This document shows, in pieces, positions 19,560 through 29,159 of a DNA stretch of 64,000 bases. Made by a program: the position numbers and the translations under genes. Below the pieces are notes generated by a model. It saw only the letters and a list, made by a program, of their open reading frames with translations. It made no database searches and was not told where the DNA came from. Within the stretch, counting starts at the first letter, position 1. The number at the start of each line of letters is the position of its first letter. Origin of the DNA: Candidatus Firestoneibacteriota bacterium (GTDB lineage Bacteria; Oederibacteriota; D2-FULL-39-29); NCBI GenBank assembly GCA_026388015.1, contig JAPLKO010000047.1, positions 108,424 through 172,423 of the forward strand. The letters run 5' to 3'.

Positions 19560-20960
19560 ATGATAACTGTACGCTTCGCGCCATCACCTACCGGAAACCT
19601 GCATATAGGAGGGGCTAGAACAGCCCTCTTTAACTATCTTTTTGCCAAGCACACCGGCGGTAAATTCATTTTACGCATAGAAGACACGGACAAGGAAAGA
19701 TCAAAAAAAGAGTACGAAGAGAATATTTTTGCTTCGTTGAAATGGCTGGGAATGCATCACGATGAATTATACCGACAGTCGGAGCGTATGCATATTTACA
19801 AAGATTATGCTTCTAAACTGGCAAAAAGCGAGAACACCTACAAATGCTTCTGTACCAGAGAAGAGCTCGACAAAAAACGACAACTTTTTGAAAAAATGAA
19901 ACGTTCTTACAAGTATGACGGCACCTGTAGAAAACTTAGCCGGGCGAAGGGAGACAAACTCAAAGAGTCAGGAAAACCCTTTGTAGTTCGTTTTAAAATG
20001 CCGGAAGAAGGCGAAACTATTATAAATGATCTAGTCCGGGGTAAAATTACTTTTGACAATAAAGAGCTGGATGATATAATACTTGAACGAACTGACGGAG
20101 TACCCACCTATAATTTCTGTGTTGTTATTGATGATGCTCTTATGAAAATTACACACATTATACGAGGTGAAGACCATATCTCAAATACCCCTCGTCAAAT
20201 CCAGCTCTACAAAGCACTCGGGTTTGAACTTCCGGAATTTGCCCATATCCCGCTGATACTCGGCTCTGATAAGACCAGGCTGTCAAAAAGAGCCGGGGCG
20301 GCTGCAGTCACAGAATATGAAGATGATGGTTATATTCCCGAAGCTGTAATTAATTTTTTGGCACTTCTTGGTTGTTCCTACAGTCCGACAGAAGAGATCT
20401 TTCCTTTAGGCGAGCTAATTAAAAGGTTTAATCTGCCTCACGTTAATAAGAGCGCAGCGATATTTGACTTTACCAAATTGGACTATCTAAACGGTTATTA
20501 CATCAGGCAGAAAACAGAAGCAGAAATTGCAGCTTTAGTAAGGCCTTTCTTAATTAAAGCAGGGATTACACCGGGTGAAGAACTCCTTCTGAAAGTTGTG
20601 AAACTTGAAAAAGGCCGCCTAAAGAAGCTGACGGATATTTTGGATTCAAAATATTTTTTCAAAGAGGTAAAAGAATACGACACCGCCGGTTTTGAAAAAT
20701 ATTTTAAAGACCCGGTCAAAATTGCATTATTAGAAATCTACCGGAAAGAGGCAGAAGGGGTTTCCTTTGAAGCCACAAATCTTGAAGTTTTTACCAAAAG
20801 TTTTGCCGAAAAAAACGGGAAGAAACTCGGAGAACTGGTTCACCCCGTCCGCCTGGCGTTAACAGGAAAACTTATATCCCCCGGACTCTTTGAAGTAATG
20901 GAAACCCTTGGAAAAGAACTTTGCCTGAAGAGATTAGAAGCTGTTATTTCTTTAAAATAA
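19560..20960 (+). CDS. gltX: Glutamyl-tRNA synthetase
   Basis: HIGG motif (RFAPSPTGNLHIGGARTALFNY) and KMSKS-like LSKR. Confidence 0.9.
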   Translation: MITVRFAPSPTGNLHIGGARTALFNYLFAKHTGGKFILRIEDTDKERSKKEYEENIFASLKWLGMHHDELYRQSERMHIYKDYASKLAKSENTYKCFCTREELDKKRQLFEKMKRSYKYDGTCRKLSRAKGDKLKESGKPFVVRFKMPEEGETIINDLVRGKITFDNKELDDIILERTDGVPTYNFCVVIDDALMKITHIIRGEDHISNTPRQIQLYKALGFELPEFAHIPLILGSDKTRLSKRAGAAAVTEYEDDGYIPEAVINFLALLGCSYSPTEEIFPLGELIKRFNLPHVNKSAAIFDFTKLDYLNGYYIRQKTEAEIAALVRPFLIKAGITPGEELLLKVVKLEKGRLKKLTDILDSKYFFKEVKEYDTAGFEKYFKDPVKIALLEIYRKEAEGVSFEATNLEVFTKSFAEKNGKKLGELVHPVRLALTGKLISPGLFEVMETLGKELCLKRLEAVISLK

Positions 20961-21000
20961 AAAAGCCCGGCTGGAGTTAACCAACCGGGCTTTAATTTTT
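20961..21000. terminator. Bidirectional rho-independent terminator shared by the convergent genes gltX and csp
   Basis: AAAAGCCCGG-N14-CCGGGCTTTAATTTTT: a GC stem flanked by an A-run on one side and a T-run on the other. Confidence 0.65.
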
Positions 21001-21004
21001 AAGG

Positions 21005-21205
21005 TTAGAGTTTTACTACTTTAGTAGCCTGCTCACCTTTAGGGCCGTTTTCGATCTCGAATTCGACTGCCTGTCCTTCACTCAAGGTCTTGAAGCCATC
21101 ACCCTGTATCGCGGAATGATGTACGAATACATCTTTTCCTGATTCCGGAGTAATAAAGCCGTAGCCCTTCTGGTCGTTAAACCATTTTACTTTTCCCTTT
21201 GCCAT
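21005..21205 (-). CDS. csp: Cold-shock protein, CspA family (copy 1)
   Basis: [21 protein letters not shown]...[11 protein letters not shown]1/RNP2 motifs present. Confidence 0.9.
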   Translation of the reverse strand: MAKGKVKWFNDQKGYGFITPESGKDVFVHHSAIQGDGFKTLSEGQAVEFEIENGPKGEQATKVVKL

Positions 21206-21290
21206 TTTGTTGTATCACTTCCCTTTTTGTTAGATTCTTGGAACTATAAAACCCGGCCGATTTAAACCAAACGGGCTTTGATTTTTAAGG

Positions 21291-21503
21291 TTAAAGTTTT
21301 ACTACTTTAGTAGCCTGCTCACCTTTGGGGCCGTTTTCAATTTCGAATTCGACATCCTGTCCTTCTCTCAAGGTCTTGAAGCCTTCACCCTGAATTGCAG
21401 AATGATGCACGAATACATCTTTTCCTGATTCCGGAGTAATAAAGCCGTAGCCCTTCTGGTCGTTAAACCATTTTACCTTTCCCTTTGCCATTTCCTTTCT
21501 CAC
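21291..21503 (-). CDS. csp: Cold-shock protein, CspA family (copy 2, tandem duplicate). The start is probably the internal MAKGK at 21491.
   Basis: About 95% aa identity to copy 1. A degenerate copy of the upstream terminator lies at 21247..21285. Confidence 0.85.
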   Translation of the reverse strand: MRKEMAKGKVKWFNDQKGYGFITPESGKDVFVHHSAIQGEGFKTLREGQDVEFEIENGPKGEQATKVVKL

Positions 21504-21754
21504 TTCCTTTTACTTTAGATTTATACCAACAAAAAAACCGCCCGGAGAAGCATTTTCTCCTTGCGGTCGAAAACTGCTCTTTGTGGTACAGATACATTAT
21601 ACACTATAACTTTCATTTTGACAACCCCCCCCTGCTCAATTTTAGACAATATCAGGGTTGAAACGCCAGAATACCTGCAATAAACACAATTAGTAGTGTT
21701 TTTTTAATTTGCACATCAATATATAGTGGTATGATTATTTCGATTTTTACCTCT

Positions 21755-21791
21755 ATTTATATCAAAAGGGGTGCGCCTATCAGCGCACCCC
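21755..21791 (-). terminator. Rho-independent terminator downstream of the SPFH gene
   Basis: GGGGTGCGC-ctatca-GCGCACCCC, a perfect 9-bp GC-rich stem. It is followed on the minus strand by UUUUGAUAU. Confidence 0.7.
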
Positions 21792-21816
21792 AAAATATTT
21801 ATACAGATTCAAATAC

Positions 21817-22692
21817 TTATTTTTTAGTTATCGCATCCTTTATATTTTCCACAAACGGCTTTAACAATGTTGTAAATTCCATCGGAAATATATATTTTGT
21901 TGACGGGGAAGCTCCCAGGGCTTTTAGGGTATCAAGATACTGCAAGCTCATGGTCTTTGCGTCTATTGATTTAGCAGCGCCAAATATGCTCTCAAGCGCT
22001 TTAGCGTAACCTTCCGCCTTTAGTATCTGAGACTGTCTTTCGCCTTCCGCTCTAAGTATTGCAGACTGCTTTTCACCCTCTGCAATAGTAACAGCGGCCT
22101 GCTTTGTTCCGTCTGACTCGGTTACCACAGCTCTTCTGTGTCTTTCCGCCGCCATCTGCTTTGTCATTGCGGACTGAACTTCCGTTGGCGGAAGAATTTC
22201 ACGAATTTCTACAGAGGTTACTTTTCCGCCCCATCGGCCGGTTACTTCATCCAACTTTGTTCTAAGAATTACGTTTATCTGTTCTCTTTTGGAAAGCACT
22301 TCATCAAGGGCCATATCGCCGACCACCGCTCTCAAGGTCGTAGTTGCTATGCCCTGCAAAGCTCCCGCAAAATTGCGAACCTGAATAACGGAAAGCGCCG
22401 GATCAATAACCTTCCAGTAAATAAGAAAGTCAACCGATACAGGTGCGTTATCCTTGGTAATACAGGTCTGCTCGGGTATTTCAAGAAAGGATTCTCTAAG
22501 GTCAACCCATACCACCTGGTCTATCACCGGCCAGACAAAGGAGATTCCGGGCCCAAGCACACCATTAGCATTATGCTTTCCCAAGCGAAACAACACCAAG
22601 CGTTGATACTCCCTTACTACCTTTATCGCATTGAACACTACCAATAGAACAAATCCTATCGGCACAATAACAAACACAAAAAACGGCCCCAT
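21817..22692 (-). CDS. SPFH/Band-7 (stomatin/prohibitin-like) membrane protein
   Basis: N-terminal TM segment and a Band-7 core. C-terminal coiled-coil with repeated AEGE(K/R)Q units. Confidence 0.85.
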   Translation of the reverse strand: MGPFFVFVIVPIGFVLLVVFNAIKVVREYQRLVLFRLGKHNANGVLGPGISFVWPVIDQVVWVDLRESFLEIPEQTCITKDNAPVSVDFLIYWKVIDPALSVIQVRNFAGALQGIATTTLRAVVGDMALDEVLSKREQINVILRTKLDEVTGRWGGKVTSVEIREILPPTEVQSAMTKQMAAERHRRAVVTESDGTKQAAVTIAEGEKQSAILRAEGERQSQILKAEGYAKALESIFGAAKSIDAKTMSLQYLDTLKALGASPSTKYIFPMEFTTLLKPFVENIKDAITKK

Positions 22693-22775
22693 ATGCTACC
22701 TCCTTAAATTTATTTTAATATTTTGTAAATATCCGGGAAACTATTAAAGCCGGTCTAAAACCTATTAAATATTTC

Positions 22776-23066
22776 TCACTTGATTTTTTCCACAACTATT
22801 TTTACTCCATCAATTGCTACAACTTTCACATTTGCTCCGACTTCAATTGTTGCACCATGCTTACTTATTGCTGTAAAATCCTCGCGGCTTACATATACTA
22901 TCCCTTCAGGTTCTAAAGTTTTTATTACTTTTCCTGTTTTCCCAAGCAAACCCTCTGCGCCGCTTACTGCTTTTTCGCGCAAAGCCTTTACCCCAAGCAC
23001 AACAAGAAAACAGACAAACACCAAACACAGAATCAAAAGAACCACAGTGACTACAGACATTGCCAT
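22776..23066 (-). CDS. NfeD-like short membrane protein (stomatin operon partner; TM helix plus OB-fold beta domain)
   Basis: 96 aa with an N-terminal TM segment and a beta-rich C-terminus. It sits immediately upstream of the SPFH gene in the same orientation. Confidence 0.55.
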   Translation of the reverse strand: MAMSVVTVVLLILCLVFVCFLVVLGVKALREKAVSGAEGLLGKTGKVIKTLEPEGIVYVSREDFTAISKHGATIEVGANVKVVAIDGVKIVVEKIK

Positions 23067-23128
23067 TGCATATTCACCTCTTTTTGTTTTTCAATAAAGA
23101 CTATTTTAGCATATTTACCGTAAAATGA

Positions 23129-23800
23129 TTATACTTTTCTACTTTTATGGAGTACTATTTGTGTTTTAAATCCCTTTTCCCGCAATAAACAGCTATCACA
23201 TTTTCGACAGGGCTTCTTCCCTCCTTTATAGCAGGACCAGGTCAGCTCGTAAGGCACTTTAAGTTTCATTCCTAACTTGATTATTTCTGCTTTTGTCAGA
23301 TTAATCAAAGGCGTATTTATTTTTATGGTTTTACCGGAAGCACCGCTCTTTGTACCCAAGTTTACAGCCTTTTCATAGGCTTTAATGTACTTTGGCCGGC
23401 AATCAGGATAGCCGCTATAATCCAATGCATTTGCCCCTATGAATATTTGTTTTGCACCTATTGATTCAGCATAAGACGCGGCAAAACTTAAAAATATTGT
23501 GTTTCTTGCCGGCACATAGGTAACAGGAATCTCAAGGCCTATTTTTTTGCTGTTTACCGGTATTTTCACCTTACGGTCAGTTAATGCGCTCTTGGACCAA
23601 GGAAGCGCCATCTTTATTATCGTATACTCGCATTTATTTATTTTTGCCAGCTTTACAGCCGATTTTAATTCTTTCTTATGCCGCTGCCCGTAATCAAAGA
23701 GCAGACAACTGCATTTGCACCCCTTTGCTTTCGCAAAATATAAGGTTGTGGCCGAATCCAAACCGCCCGACAACAGTATTACCGCTTTTTTATTTACCAT
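23129..23800 (-). CDS. queC: 7-cyano-7-deazaguanine synthase
   Basis: PP-loop VILLSGGLDSAT and a C-terminal zinc cluster C-x2-C-x2-C. Confidence 0.9.
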   Translation of the reverse strand: MVNKKAVILLSGGLDSATTLYFAKAKGCKCSCLLFDYGQRHKKELKSAVKLAKINKCEYTIIKMALPWSKSALTDRKVKIPVNSKKIGLEIPVTYVPARNTIFLSFAASYAESIGAKQIFIGANALDYSGYPDCRPKYIKAYEKAVNLGTKSGASGKTIKINTPLINLTKAEIIKLGMKLKVPYELTWSCYKGGKKPCRKCDSCLLREKGFKTQIVLHKSRKV

Positions 23801-24554
23801 AGGAATTCACGCTCTCCATAACCTTTAAGCTTTTTAGCCGGAGTTCAAAATTATACTCCAGAAAATGCTCCACCACTTTTTCTATCTCCATATGCGATTG
23901 CTCGCCTATCATGATTTTAGAAAGGGTATCAAATGTTTTTCTATGAAGAAAATCCATGAGCTTAAGGGTATTATTAAAAACCTCAACCGTTGAGATGCCG
24001 TCAGAGCACTCTTCGCAGACAACTCCTCCGTGTTTTGGGCTTACGGACATCCTAATCTTCTGTTTTAAATCAGAACCGCAGGAAGTGCAGCAGTCAAGCG
24101 CAATCCGAAAACCAACCTGGGCAAGGAACTTCACCATAAACATAGAAAACACTTTTTCCTCGTGCTTTTCCGTATCTAACTTGTACAGAGTCTGAATAAA
24201 GAGTTCGTAAAGAGAGTGGCTCTTCTCGCCAAAAGGCACAAAAGTATTTATAAAGTCAGAAACCGCGGAGGCATAAGTATACTTTTTAACATCCTTAGAG
24301 ATATTCTTAAAATGTGTCGCAATCTGACTCTGCGTCAGAAGATAAAGCTCTGCATGGGCTTGTTTGTAAAAAAAAAGTTTTGTCTCCGTAAAAAGCTCGA
24401 GGGTGGAGCCAAACCGGCTCTTTATCTTTTTTGCGCCCTTAGCTACCGCATGAATCTTTCCATAAGCTTTGGTATATACAGTAAGATGTTTGTTTGCCTC
24501 GCCGTAACTCCTGACTTTAATTATTATACCTGTTGTTTTGTGATAAGGGTTCAT
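23790..24554 (-). CDS. recO: DNA repair protein RecO
   Basis: OB-fold N-terminus (TGIIIKVRSYGEANKHLTVYTK) and a zinc finger CTSCGS...CEEC. Confidence 0.8.
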   Translation of the reverse strand: MNPYHKTTGIIIKVRSYGEANKHLTVYTKAYGKIHAVAKGAKKIKSRFGSTLELFTETKLFFYKQAHAELYLLTQSQIATHFKNISKDVKKYTYASAVSDFINTFVPFGEKSHSLYELFIQTLYKLDTEKHEEKVFSMFMVKFLAQVGFRIALDCCTSCGSDLKQKIRMSVSPKHGGVVCEECSDGISTVEVFNNTLKLMDFLHRKTFDTLSKIMIGEQSHMEIEKVVEHFLEYNFELRLKSLKVMESVNSYGK

Positions 24555-24631
24555 AACCTATTATAACAAAAAAACAAAGAGTTCTCGCCTATTTTTCTGC
24601 TTTGTGCTTTATAGTTCGTGCTTTGCACTTG

Positions 24632-25291
24632 TTATTTTATGGGATCTATAGGCAGAGGGCCGTCTTCTCTCAATTTGTTTGCCGGTTTTTTGAACGGAAA
24701 CGGAGCGGTAATATCAAAGTTATAACAGAGGGATATTACGATATAGGGAGTGAAGACTGTTCGAAAATTGTAGCTAAAATAATCCGCAGTGCCGGAAAAA
24801 TCATAGAATAAATAGTTTTTGTAGGGATAAACCGTAAGGCCGGCGCCAAAATCCAGCCACCAGCCTTTGGCTATATTGTTTCTTAACCCGGCGGCTACGC
24901 CGTTATGCACTTCTCCGATAAATCTCATTGTATCTGAAAGTTTTGTTTCTATGCTGCCAAAGACAAAATACGGAAAAGGATTAATACCGATTGAGATCTC
25001 TCCAAAATCAAAACTCTTTGTCCAGACAGCATAAGGGTAAAGTCCAAAGACAAAGGATGCGCCAAGAGCCAGCCGTCCGCCCTGAAAATTTTTTGAAAGC
25101 TGATATTTTATTCCATGAGCGCCTATCTCCAGACCTTCAGAGATGCAAAGATCCAGATAGATAATTCCCGCTGATAAAGTATTTGCCGGAAGGACATTTG
25201 CGGTAGGCACAGACAAAAGCCACGTCGGTTCGTTAACCTCCGTAAAGGCCATTCCGGTAAAAAGAATACACAGAATCGCTATTTTCTTCAT
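24632..25291 (-). CDS. Secreted hypothetical protein (signal peptide, aromatic-rich, beta-strand-rich; possible outer-membrane beta-barrel)
   Basis: MKKIAILCILFTGMAF signal. Alternating hydrophobic pattern and a C-terminal aromatic residue region. Confidence 0.4.
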   Translation of the reverse strand: MKKIAILCILFTGMAFTEVNEPTWLLSVPTANVLPANTLSAGIIYLDLCISEGLEIGAHGIKYQLSKNFQGGRLALGASFVFGLYPYAVWTKSFDFGEISIGINPFPYFVFGSIETKLSDTMRFIGEVHNGVAAGLRNNIAKGWWLDFGAGLTVYPYKNYLFYDFSGTADYFSYNFRTVFTPYIVISLCYNFDITAPFPFKKPANKLREDGPLPIDPIK

Positions 25292-25400
25292 GGCTTTAGT
25301 CTCCTCCTGCTTTCTGACTATTTACTCCACTGATATAAACAGATACTTACAGCGCTCCGTAAAAAAAAGGGCGCTCGTTTTTCTGAGCGCCCTTTTTAAG

Positions 25401-28133
25401 TTACTTTTTCTTTGCTTCTATCGCTGCTCTTGCCGAGGCTAACCTGGCAATCGGTACTCTGAAAGGAGAGCAGGAAACATAATTCATACCCTTCTTGTAA
25501 CAGAAGGCGATTGAATCAGGATCTCCGCCGTGTTCGCCGCAGATACCTATCTTAAGGTTCTTTTTCGTCTTTCTTCCTCTTTCTATACCGAGAGAGATAA
25601 GTTCGCCTACACCCTCTTCGTCTATTGACTGGAACGGGTCGCAGGGAAGAATCTTTTTCTCAAGATAATCCGGAAGGAACCCGCCGATATCATCTCTCGA
25701 GAAGCCGAAGCTCATCTGAGTCAGGTCATTGGTCCCGAAGGAGAAGAAGTCAGCCTGTACCGCTATCTTTCCGGCCACAAGCGCCGCTCTCGGTATCTCA
25801 ATCATGGTACCGATTAAAAGCGGGACTTTTTTACCGAACTTCTTATTTACTTCGTTGTGTACTTTTTTAATTATCACTATCTGGTCGTTGATCTCTTCGA
25901 CCGTGCAGACTACCGGAATCATAATCTCAGGATTAGCTTTTTTACCTTCCTTAATCAATTCCGCAGCCGCTTCAATGATAGCTCTTGCCTGCATTTCGGT
26001 GATCTCAGGGTAGGTAACACCAAGACGAACACCTCTGTGTCCCATCATTGGATTACTTTCTCTTAAAGAATTTGCTCTTTTTTCGAGATTGGCCATATCA
26101 ATATTAAGAGAAGTTGCCAGAGCCTGAAGTTTGCTTGCTTCATGCGGAACAAACTCGTGAAGCGGCGGATCTATAAGCCTGATAGTTACCGGCAGTCCGT
26201 CCATCGCATTAAGCGTCGCTTTAATATCTGATTTCATAAACGGAAAGAGTTCGCTTAAAGCGTTCTTTCTTTCTTCCACGCTCTTGGACATGATCATCTT
26301 GCGAAGCAAGAAGAGGGACTGGTCTGAACCTTCACCGTAGAACATATGCTCTATTCTAAAGAGACCGATACCTTCTGCTCCGAAAAATCTTGCTTTTGCA
26401 GCATCTTTCGGGGTATCCGCATTGGTTCTTATTCCCATTTTTCTTGATTTATCACAGATTTTCAAGAAATCTCCGAGAATAAAACCTTCCTCGCTGGCGT
26501 CTACCATTGGGAGATTTCCATCATAGACATTTCCTTTGCTTCCGTTTAGAGTGATCCAATCACCCTCTTTCAGGGTCTTTCCTCCTATTATCACGGTCTT
26601 TTGAGAAAGTTCAATGTGCACATCCCCGCAACCGACGATGCAGCATTTGCCCCAGCCTCTTGCAACAAGCGCGGCGTGTGAAGTCATTCCGCCTCTTGCC
26701 GTAAGTATTGCCTGGGCAGCTCTCATACCTTCAATATCTTCCGGATTTGTTTCTTCTCTTACGAGAATAACTTTTTTGCCTTTTTCAAACCAGGCAACTG
26801 CATCATTTGACGAAAACACAATCTGTCCCGCTGCTCCGCCCGGTCCGGCAGGAAGTCCCTTCGCCAGAGGCTTGGTTGCTTTCTCCGCTTTCGGGTCCAC
26901 AATAGGATGAAGGAGTTCATCCAGCTGAGCAGGAGTTACTCTCATTACCGCTTCTTCGGCGGTTATGAATTTTTCTTTGTACATATCTGTCGCCATCTTT
27001 ACCGCCGCCGGTCCGTTTCTTTTTCCGATACGGCATTGAAGCATAAAGAGCACGCCTTTTTCAATCGTGAATTCTATGTCCTGCATATCCCTGTAATGAT
27101 TTTCCAAACGTTTCTGAATTGCAAAAAGCTCTTTGTAGAGCTTCGGCATTCCTTTTTCCAGGGAGAGATGGTCAGCGTTCTGATCGGATTTGCTCTTTTC
27201 ATTGACTGGAGCAGGTGTTCTGATACCGGCTACAACATCTTCACCCTGGGCGTTGACAAGATATTCACCATAAAAGTAATTCTCTCCGGTCCCGGGATTA
27301 CGCGTGAACGCAACACCGGTAGCCGAATCTTCACCCATATTTCCAAACACCATGGACTGAACATTAACAGCCGTACCCCATTCATCAGGAATTTTTTCTA
27401 TTCTTCTGTAAGAGATAGCGCGCTTCCCGTTCCAGGAAGAAAACACCGCGCTGATTCCGCCCCACATCTGGGCCATATGATTATCAGGGAACTCTTTGCC
27501 AAGCACTTGTTTCACTTTCTCTTTGAACTGCTCGCAGAGTGTTTTTAAATCTTCCGCATTAAGCTCAGTATCAAGCTTTACGCCTTTGGCTTTTTTCATG
27601 GCAGCCATCAAATGCTCCAGCTGTTTTCTTATACCTTTGTCTTCTTCCGGTTCAGCGCCTTCCGCTTTTTCCATAACCACATCGGAGTACATCATTATCA
27701 AACGTCTGTAGGCATCATAAACAAATCTGTCGTTACCGCCGGTCTGCTTAATCATTCCCGGTATGGTTGCGCTCGTAAGTCCCACATTGAGCACGGTCTC
27801 CATCATTCCCGGCATTGATTTTCTGGCGCCTGAACGGACGGAAACTAGCAACGGGTTCTTCGGATCGCCAAACTTCTTACCCATTATTTTTTCTATTTTT
27901 GTGATAGCCGCATTCACCTGCGCATCAACTTCTTTCGGATACTTTTTTTTATTTGCGTAGAAAGCCGTGCAGACTTCCGTGGTGAGGGTGAAACCGGGAG
28001 GAACAGGAAGCTTAAGCTTCGGATGTCCCGCCATTTCGGCAAGGTTTGCACCTTTACCGCCGAGAAGATTTTTCATCTTCTCATTTCCATCGGCTTTACC
28101 GCCGCCGAAGGAATACACATATTTCTTTGCCAT
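25401..28133 (-). CDS. ppdK: Pyruvate, phosphate dikinase
   Basis: 910 aa. N-terminal ATP-grasp (GGKGANLAEM), the phosphohistidine domain GGMTSHAALVARGWGKCCIVGCGDV and a PEP-utilising TIM barrel. Confidence 0.95.
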   Translation of the reverse strand: MAKKYVYSFGGGKADGNEKMKNLLGGKGANLAEMAGHPKLKLPVPPGFTLTTEVCTAFYANKKKYPKEVDAQVNAAITKIEKIMGKKFGDPKNPLLVSVRSGARKSMPGMMETVLNVGLTSATIPGMIKQTGGNDRFVYDAYRRLIMMYSDVVMEKAEGAEPEEDKGIRKQLEHLMAAMKKAKGVKLDTELNAEDLKTLCEQFKEKVKQVLGKEFPDNHMAQMWGGISAVFSSWNGKRAISYRRIEKIPDEWGTAVNVQSMVFGNMGEDSATGVAFTRNPGTGENYFYGEYLVNAQGEDVVAGIRTPAPVNEKSKSDQNADHLSLEKGMPKLYKELFAIQKRLENHYRDMQDIEFTIEKGVLFMLQCRIGKRNGPAAVKMATDMYKEKFITAEEAVMRVTPAQLDELLHPIVDPKAEKATKPLAKGLPAGPGGAAGQIVFSSNDAVAWFEKGKKVILVREETNPEDIEGMRAAQAILTARGGMTSHAALVARGWGKCCIVGCGDVHIELSQKTVIIGGKTLKEGDWITLNGSKGNVYDGNLPMVDASEEGFILGDFLKICDKSRKMGIRTNADTPKDAAKARFFGAEGIGLFRIEHMFYGEGSDQSLFLLRKMIMSKSVEERKNALSELFPFMKSDIKATLNAMDGLPVTIRLIDPPLHEFVPHEASKLQALATSLNIDMANLEKRANSLRESNPMMGHRGVRLGVTYPEITEMQARAIIEAAAELIKEGKKANPEIMIPVVCTVEEINDQIVIIKKVHNEVNKKFGKKVPLLIGTMIEIPRAALVAGKIAVQADFFSFGTNDLTQMSFGFSRDDIGGFLPDYLEKKILPCDPFQSIDEEGVGELISLGIERGRKTKKNLKIGICGEHGGDPDSIAFCYKKGMNYVSCSPFRVPIARLASARAAIEAKKK

Positions 28134-28249
28134 AATAAATCCTCCTTCAGAATTTTGAATAATTTTGCAGGTATTTTACTGTCAGAAAAACAACGTACTT
28201 AATATATCATAATAGGGTATTTTTTTCAATTCAAAACTATGAAAAGCGC

Positions 28250-28293
28250 TTCCACTTCCGCCAATTATATTAGGCGGATCTTTTGATGAGATT
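28250..28293. repeat. Copy 2 of the 44-bp leader motif (see 12088..12131), upstream of ppdK
   Basis: TTCCACTTCCGCCAATTATATTAGGCGGATCTTTTGATGAGATT. Confidence 0.7.
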
Positions 28294-28377
28294 GCACGGC
28301 TAACGGATTTGACTTATAAAAGCAATCATTTCAAAAACTTTGTGTAAAACATGCAAAACTCTTCATCAAATATTACT

Positions 28378-29151
28378 TTAAATAGCCGGTTGCGGGGGTT
28401 CAGGCGGCTTTTGTGACTCTTTCACCGGTTTAATTTCGCTTATGGGATTTGCCGAATTTTGCTCTCCGCCAATAGTATCAGGTGAGGATACGCCTTTTAA
28501 GCTTAACCCGCCTTCATTTTTTGTCCTATTTTCGTAATCCGCCACAAGAGATTTGTATATGTGAATAAGGGCAAACGTTACGACTATTGCCGCAGGAATT
28601 ATACCTATACAGCAGCAAAGGAACCCCAGAATACACACGCCAAGGACAACAAACATGAACAGGAAAAGATTAACTTTATGCCCCATAGTAATTTTTCCGC
28701 TCATTCTTATTGCTTCAAGCGGTTTCATCTTTTTGTCTATCACAAGATAAAGAGCAAACTGATACTTTAGCGCCCAGATAATTCCCGGAATGACAAAAAG
28801 AACAATTCCGGCCATAACTATTAAGACATAAAGAATGTAGCAGACCAAAAAATCAAAGTACTCTTCATAATTATTGAACAACGTAACGAGTTCCGCTTTC
28901 TTACCTTCGTACAGCTGAATGAATATTTTCAAATATCCAAGACATAGAAAAATACTAAAGAAAAAATATATCAACCAAACATTAAAATACAAAATACCAA
29001 ATCCGTAATATTTTTCTACAAGGGCTTGAATCCCGCTTCCTCCGGTCGAAATCAACATATAAACAAACATTACAACTATCGCAAACCCCAGGTTTTTTTT
29101 GGTAAGCTCCCAGCCGGCTTTTATTGCTTCTTTCTTTTTTATTATCTCCAC
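28378..29151 (-). CDS. Hypothetical polytopic membrane protein with a Pro-rich C-terminal tail
   Basis: About six TM helices. C-terminus KESQKPPEPPQPAI. No recognisable catalytic motif. Confidence 0.45.
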   Translation of the reverse strand: MEIIKKKEAIKAGWELTKKNLGFAIVVMFVYMLISTGGSGIQALVEKYYGFGILYFNVWLIYFFFSIFLCLGYLKIFIQLYEGKKAELVTLFNNYEEYFDFLVCYILYVLIVMAGIVLFVIPGIIWALKYQFALYLVIDKKMKPLEAIRMSGKITMGHKVNLFLFMFVVLGVCILGFLCCCIGIIPAAIVVTFALIHIYKSLVADYENRTKNEGGLSLKGVSSPDTIGGEQNSANPISEIKPVKESQKPPEPPQPAI

Positions 29152-29159
29152 ATGTCCCC

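Noticed and set aside
26907-27548. 213-aa plus-strand ORF (and several 60-100-aa ORFs between 25625 and 28158)
   Set aside because: All lie antisense inside the 910-aa ppdK gene, which has unmistakable motifs. No domain-like sequence.
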